Source: a virus
Taxonomy: Duplodnaviria > Caudoviricetes
DNA: 64,000 bases
IMG/VR virus record: IMGVR_UViG_3300045996_000936
Coordinates: 523 to 64,522 of that record
Reading direction: 5' to 3' (one strand)
Of the stretch, positions 61,881-64,000 are shown piece after piece. The notes under the pieces were generated by a model. The model saw only the letters and a list, made by a program, of their open reading frames with translations, ran no database searches and was not told the DNA's origin. Both the position numbers and the translations under genes were made by a program. Every line of letters begins with the position of its first letter. Positions within the stretch are counted from its first letter, which is position 1.

Positions 61881-63547
61881 CAGTTTATGTAACTCTCTTC
61901 CTGCACTTCGTCATCCCCTTCGGGACGCGGTGCTTCCTTCAAGGCCAGGGACATGAACCGGTCCGGAGAGCGTCCGAGCTTCTCCTTCATCTTCTCCGTG
62001 GTCATGATCTTAATGCGACCCTTGGGATTGGCGGTGCTGTAAGTCGGAACGACCAGCTCCTCCCGTAGCATCTTACTCGGCGGGATCATGGTGGAGGTAT
62101 CGGTGCGAAACTTCTCTCGGAGCTTCCAGCACATTAAGTCGCGTACCAGGTCGCACTGAGGCTCGTCAATTGGAGGCTGCTCATCCTCTGGAGCAGAGTT
62201 AGTTACCATGATGCGGTAGGCTTTCTTGAAGCCCTTCCTTCGCATCTGTGGCGCTACGGCTGCGCCAACCCCGTTGGAGTCAACCTTACACCAGAGAGCG
62301 TTGCGGTTAATGCATTCCTGCGCAGCGCGGTCTCCGGTGACGAGAGGGTCGGCTCCTTTCCAGAAGATCTGCTCCTCGGTCCAGCCTCCGTAGGTGAAGG
62401 TGAGAACGGAGTCGTCCGTGCCCTTCTCGCCGACGTCCAGGCTGGCCACTGGGCGGATTCCCCAACGCCGAGGGTTGGGTCCATGCTTGCTGACGTAGTT
62501 CTCCCATCGCTGCTCGGCTTCCTGGATCCAGACGAGGGAGATTAGCTGGTCCTCGCCTTCCGCAGGGAACGTTCCCAGGACCATGTAATTGAAGGCTGGG
62601 TTCGTAACGCGTCGGTAACCCTTCTTCAGAGGAGGATAGGCCTTGCCTCCATGGCTCTCCACAGAGACTCCCACCAGGAAGCTCGGCACCTCGAAGCACT
62701 CGGCATCCGGAACCTCTCCTGGAGCCAACTCTCGGCTCCACATGTTGATACGGCGGACGGTAATCGTCCGGTCCACCGCGCCAGGGAAAAGGTCCTCTCC
62801 GGTGACGACGTTCGGATGGGTAAATGCGCTCAGATGGCAGACCTTACCTCGGCCTTCGCTCTCGATCCGGTCCGGCTCGCCGCCCTTCATTCGAGGGTTG
62901 TACATCACGAAGACGCGGTTATGCTTACCCGACGTGCAGGACTCGATGCCGTTGTAAACCCCTTGAGGGATTGCGTCCCCTTCGTCCAGGATGAAAGCGA
63001 GGTCGGGAGCATGCTTCCCGGCGAACTTCGCCTCGATCTCCTTCTGATTACTGCTGACGGGGATCGTAACGCCGGTGAGGAAGCTCTGCGGGTTGCGCTG
63101 GATATGCATACCCGCGATCGAGACTGTGAAACCTCTGAGTAGTTCGCGGTTCCGCTCGACCAATCCGCCGATTTCGCCCCACAGAACGCGCTTGAGGTTG
63201 TCCTCTGGCGGTGCGGCCGCAGTATAGACCTTGCTCTCCTCGAAGCAGAGGAAGAACCAGAACGCCAGTCGGGCTGCAGCGTGGGTTTTACCCGTCGCGT
63301 TGGCGGAACGGGCGACGACCTTCTCGTAGTCTCTGAAGGAAAGGCAGACCTCTTCGACGTCCGGAGTAATTCTCTCCTTCAGGACGACGTTGATGAAACC
63401 AATTGGGTCCTTCTGCCAACGGGTCAGGTCACCTGGGCGTCCGTGCGCTGTAACATCAATGAATTGGCCCATGCGGGTCATCGCACGAGCTACCATTTGC
63501 GCTGCTATGGACGAAGATTGCATGTTCTTGCTCGACAGGACGTACAC
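61880..63547 (-). CDS. terL: Terminase large subunit
   Basis: RSANATGKT Walker A, ILDE Walker B, NP, VLGTFP, LDVG..G.D.S, VD.NGVG, RSPD. Confidence 0.96.
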   Translation of the reverse strand: MYVLSSKNMQSSSIAAQMVARAMTRMGQFIDVTAHGRPGDLTRWQKDPIGFINVVLKERITPDVEEVCLSFRDYEKVVARSANATGKTHAAARLAFWFFLCFEESKVYTAAAPPEDNLKRVLWGEIGGLVERNRELLRGFTVSIAGMHIQRNPQSFLTGVTIPVSSNQKEIEAKFAGKHAPDLAFILDEGDAIPQGVYNGIESCTSGKHNRVFVMYNPRMKGGEPDRIESEGRGKVCHLSAFTHPNVVTGEDLFPGAVDRTITVRRINMWSRELAPGEVPDAECFEVPSFLVGVSVESHGGKAYPPLKKGYRRVTNPAFNYMVLGTFPAEGEDQLISLVWIQEAEQRWENYVSKHGPNPRRWGIRPVASLDVGEKGTDDSVLTFTYGGWTEEQIFWKGADPLVTGDRAAQECINRNALWCKVDSNGVGAAVAPQMRRKGFKKAYRIMVTNSAPEDEQPPIDEPQCDLVRDLMCWKLREKFRTDTSTMIPPSKMLREELVVPTYSTANPKGRIKIMTTEKMKEKLGRSPDRFMSLALKEAPRPEGDDEVQEESYIN

Positions 63548-63652
63548 GAATGGGGTAGAATCCCTCCAGCCCCTTCCTCTGGAGAAAATCTACCCCTATT
63601 CGCGGAGCATGGCAGCACTTAAGCTCAGCGCACGCTCTCGTCCCGATCGTTG

Positions 63653-63994
63653 TTAGGCCGTGACAGGAGGAGCGGCGGTTTTCCCGTCCGGTACAGTAAC
63701 GATCGGAACTCCGGAAGGCGTCGCTTCGGCTGCGGAGTCAAAGCCGACCGCCTCAAGGGTGAGCTTCAGGACCGCGCCGGGTCCGAAGTCCCTGACCGAC
63801 GCATTCTTGCCTAGAACAGCGTTCAGCTGCGCCAGGTGCTCGTCGCTCAGGGAGAGCCGGTCACCAGCCTTCGCCTTCCCTTCCGTGAGGATTCCCTCGG
63901 GGATCTGACGTGCAGTAAGGCGGTGACCTTCCGCGTTCGAGCCTTCCGGATCCAGAGAGACGACCAGCAGGGTCGCCACGAGCAATTTCGACAT
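63653..63994 (-). CDS. Hypothetical protein
   Basis: 113-aa ORF upstream of TerL. Confidence 0.6.
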   Translation of the reverse strand: MSKLLVATLLVVSLDPEGSNAEGHRLTARQIPEGILTEGKAKAGDRLSLSDEHLAQLNAVLGKNASVRDFGPGAVLKLTLEAVGFDSAAEATPSGVPIVTVPDGKTAAPPVTA

Positions 63995-64000
63995 AGATTT

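Larger units (their letters stand above)
1..64000 (-). mobile_element. Tailed dsDNA phage (siphovirus-like), near-complete genome
   Basis: Contiguous terminase-portal-capsid-tail-lysis and replication modules, all on the - strand with overlapping start/stop codons; no host housekeeping block. Confidence 0.97.

Overview
This window is most or all of a high-GC tailed-phage genome with a siphovirus-type morphogenesis module. Every credible gene lies on the - strand. Reading from high to low coordinates: terminase large subunit, portal, MuF, head-associated genes, scaffold, decoration protein and major capsid; connectors, tail tube, a -1 frameshifting tail chaperone, tape measure and tail tip; lysis genes; about 14 kb of small early genes driven by a repeated promoter-hairpin-RBS cassette; a DUF4417-led effector operon; recombination/repair, nucleotide-metabolism and replication genes; an origin-like non-coding region; and an HGG-type terminase small subunit. 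No integrase, tRNA or CRISPR array was seen. The most striking candidate system is 20965-24582: a DUF4417 gene followed by four proteins that all begin MGSRGxxS (one GNAT, two ADP-ribosyltransferases, one unknown), with two ~50-aa basic peptides ending KGKGK placed before the first two. Other unexplained patterns are a terminal RR(T/K)(I/V)P peptide motif shared by eight proteins, a genome-wide CTGGA+purine motif tied to hairpins, and two mutually inverted origin-like modules 35 kb apart. All family calls come from motif recognition by eye, not from database searches.
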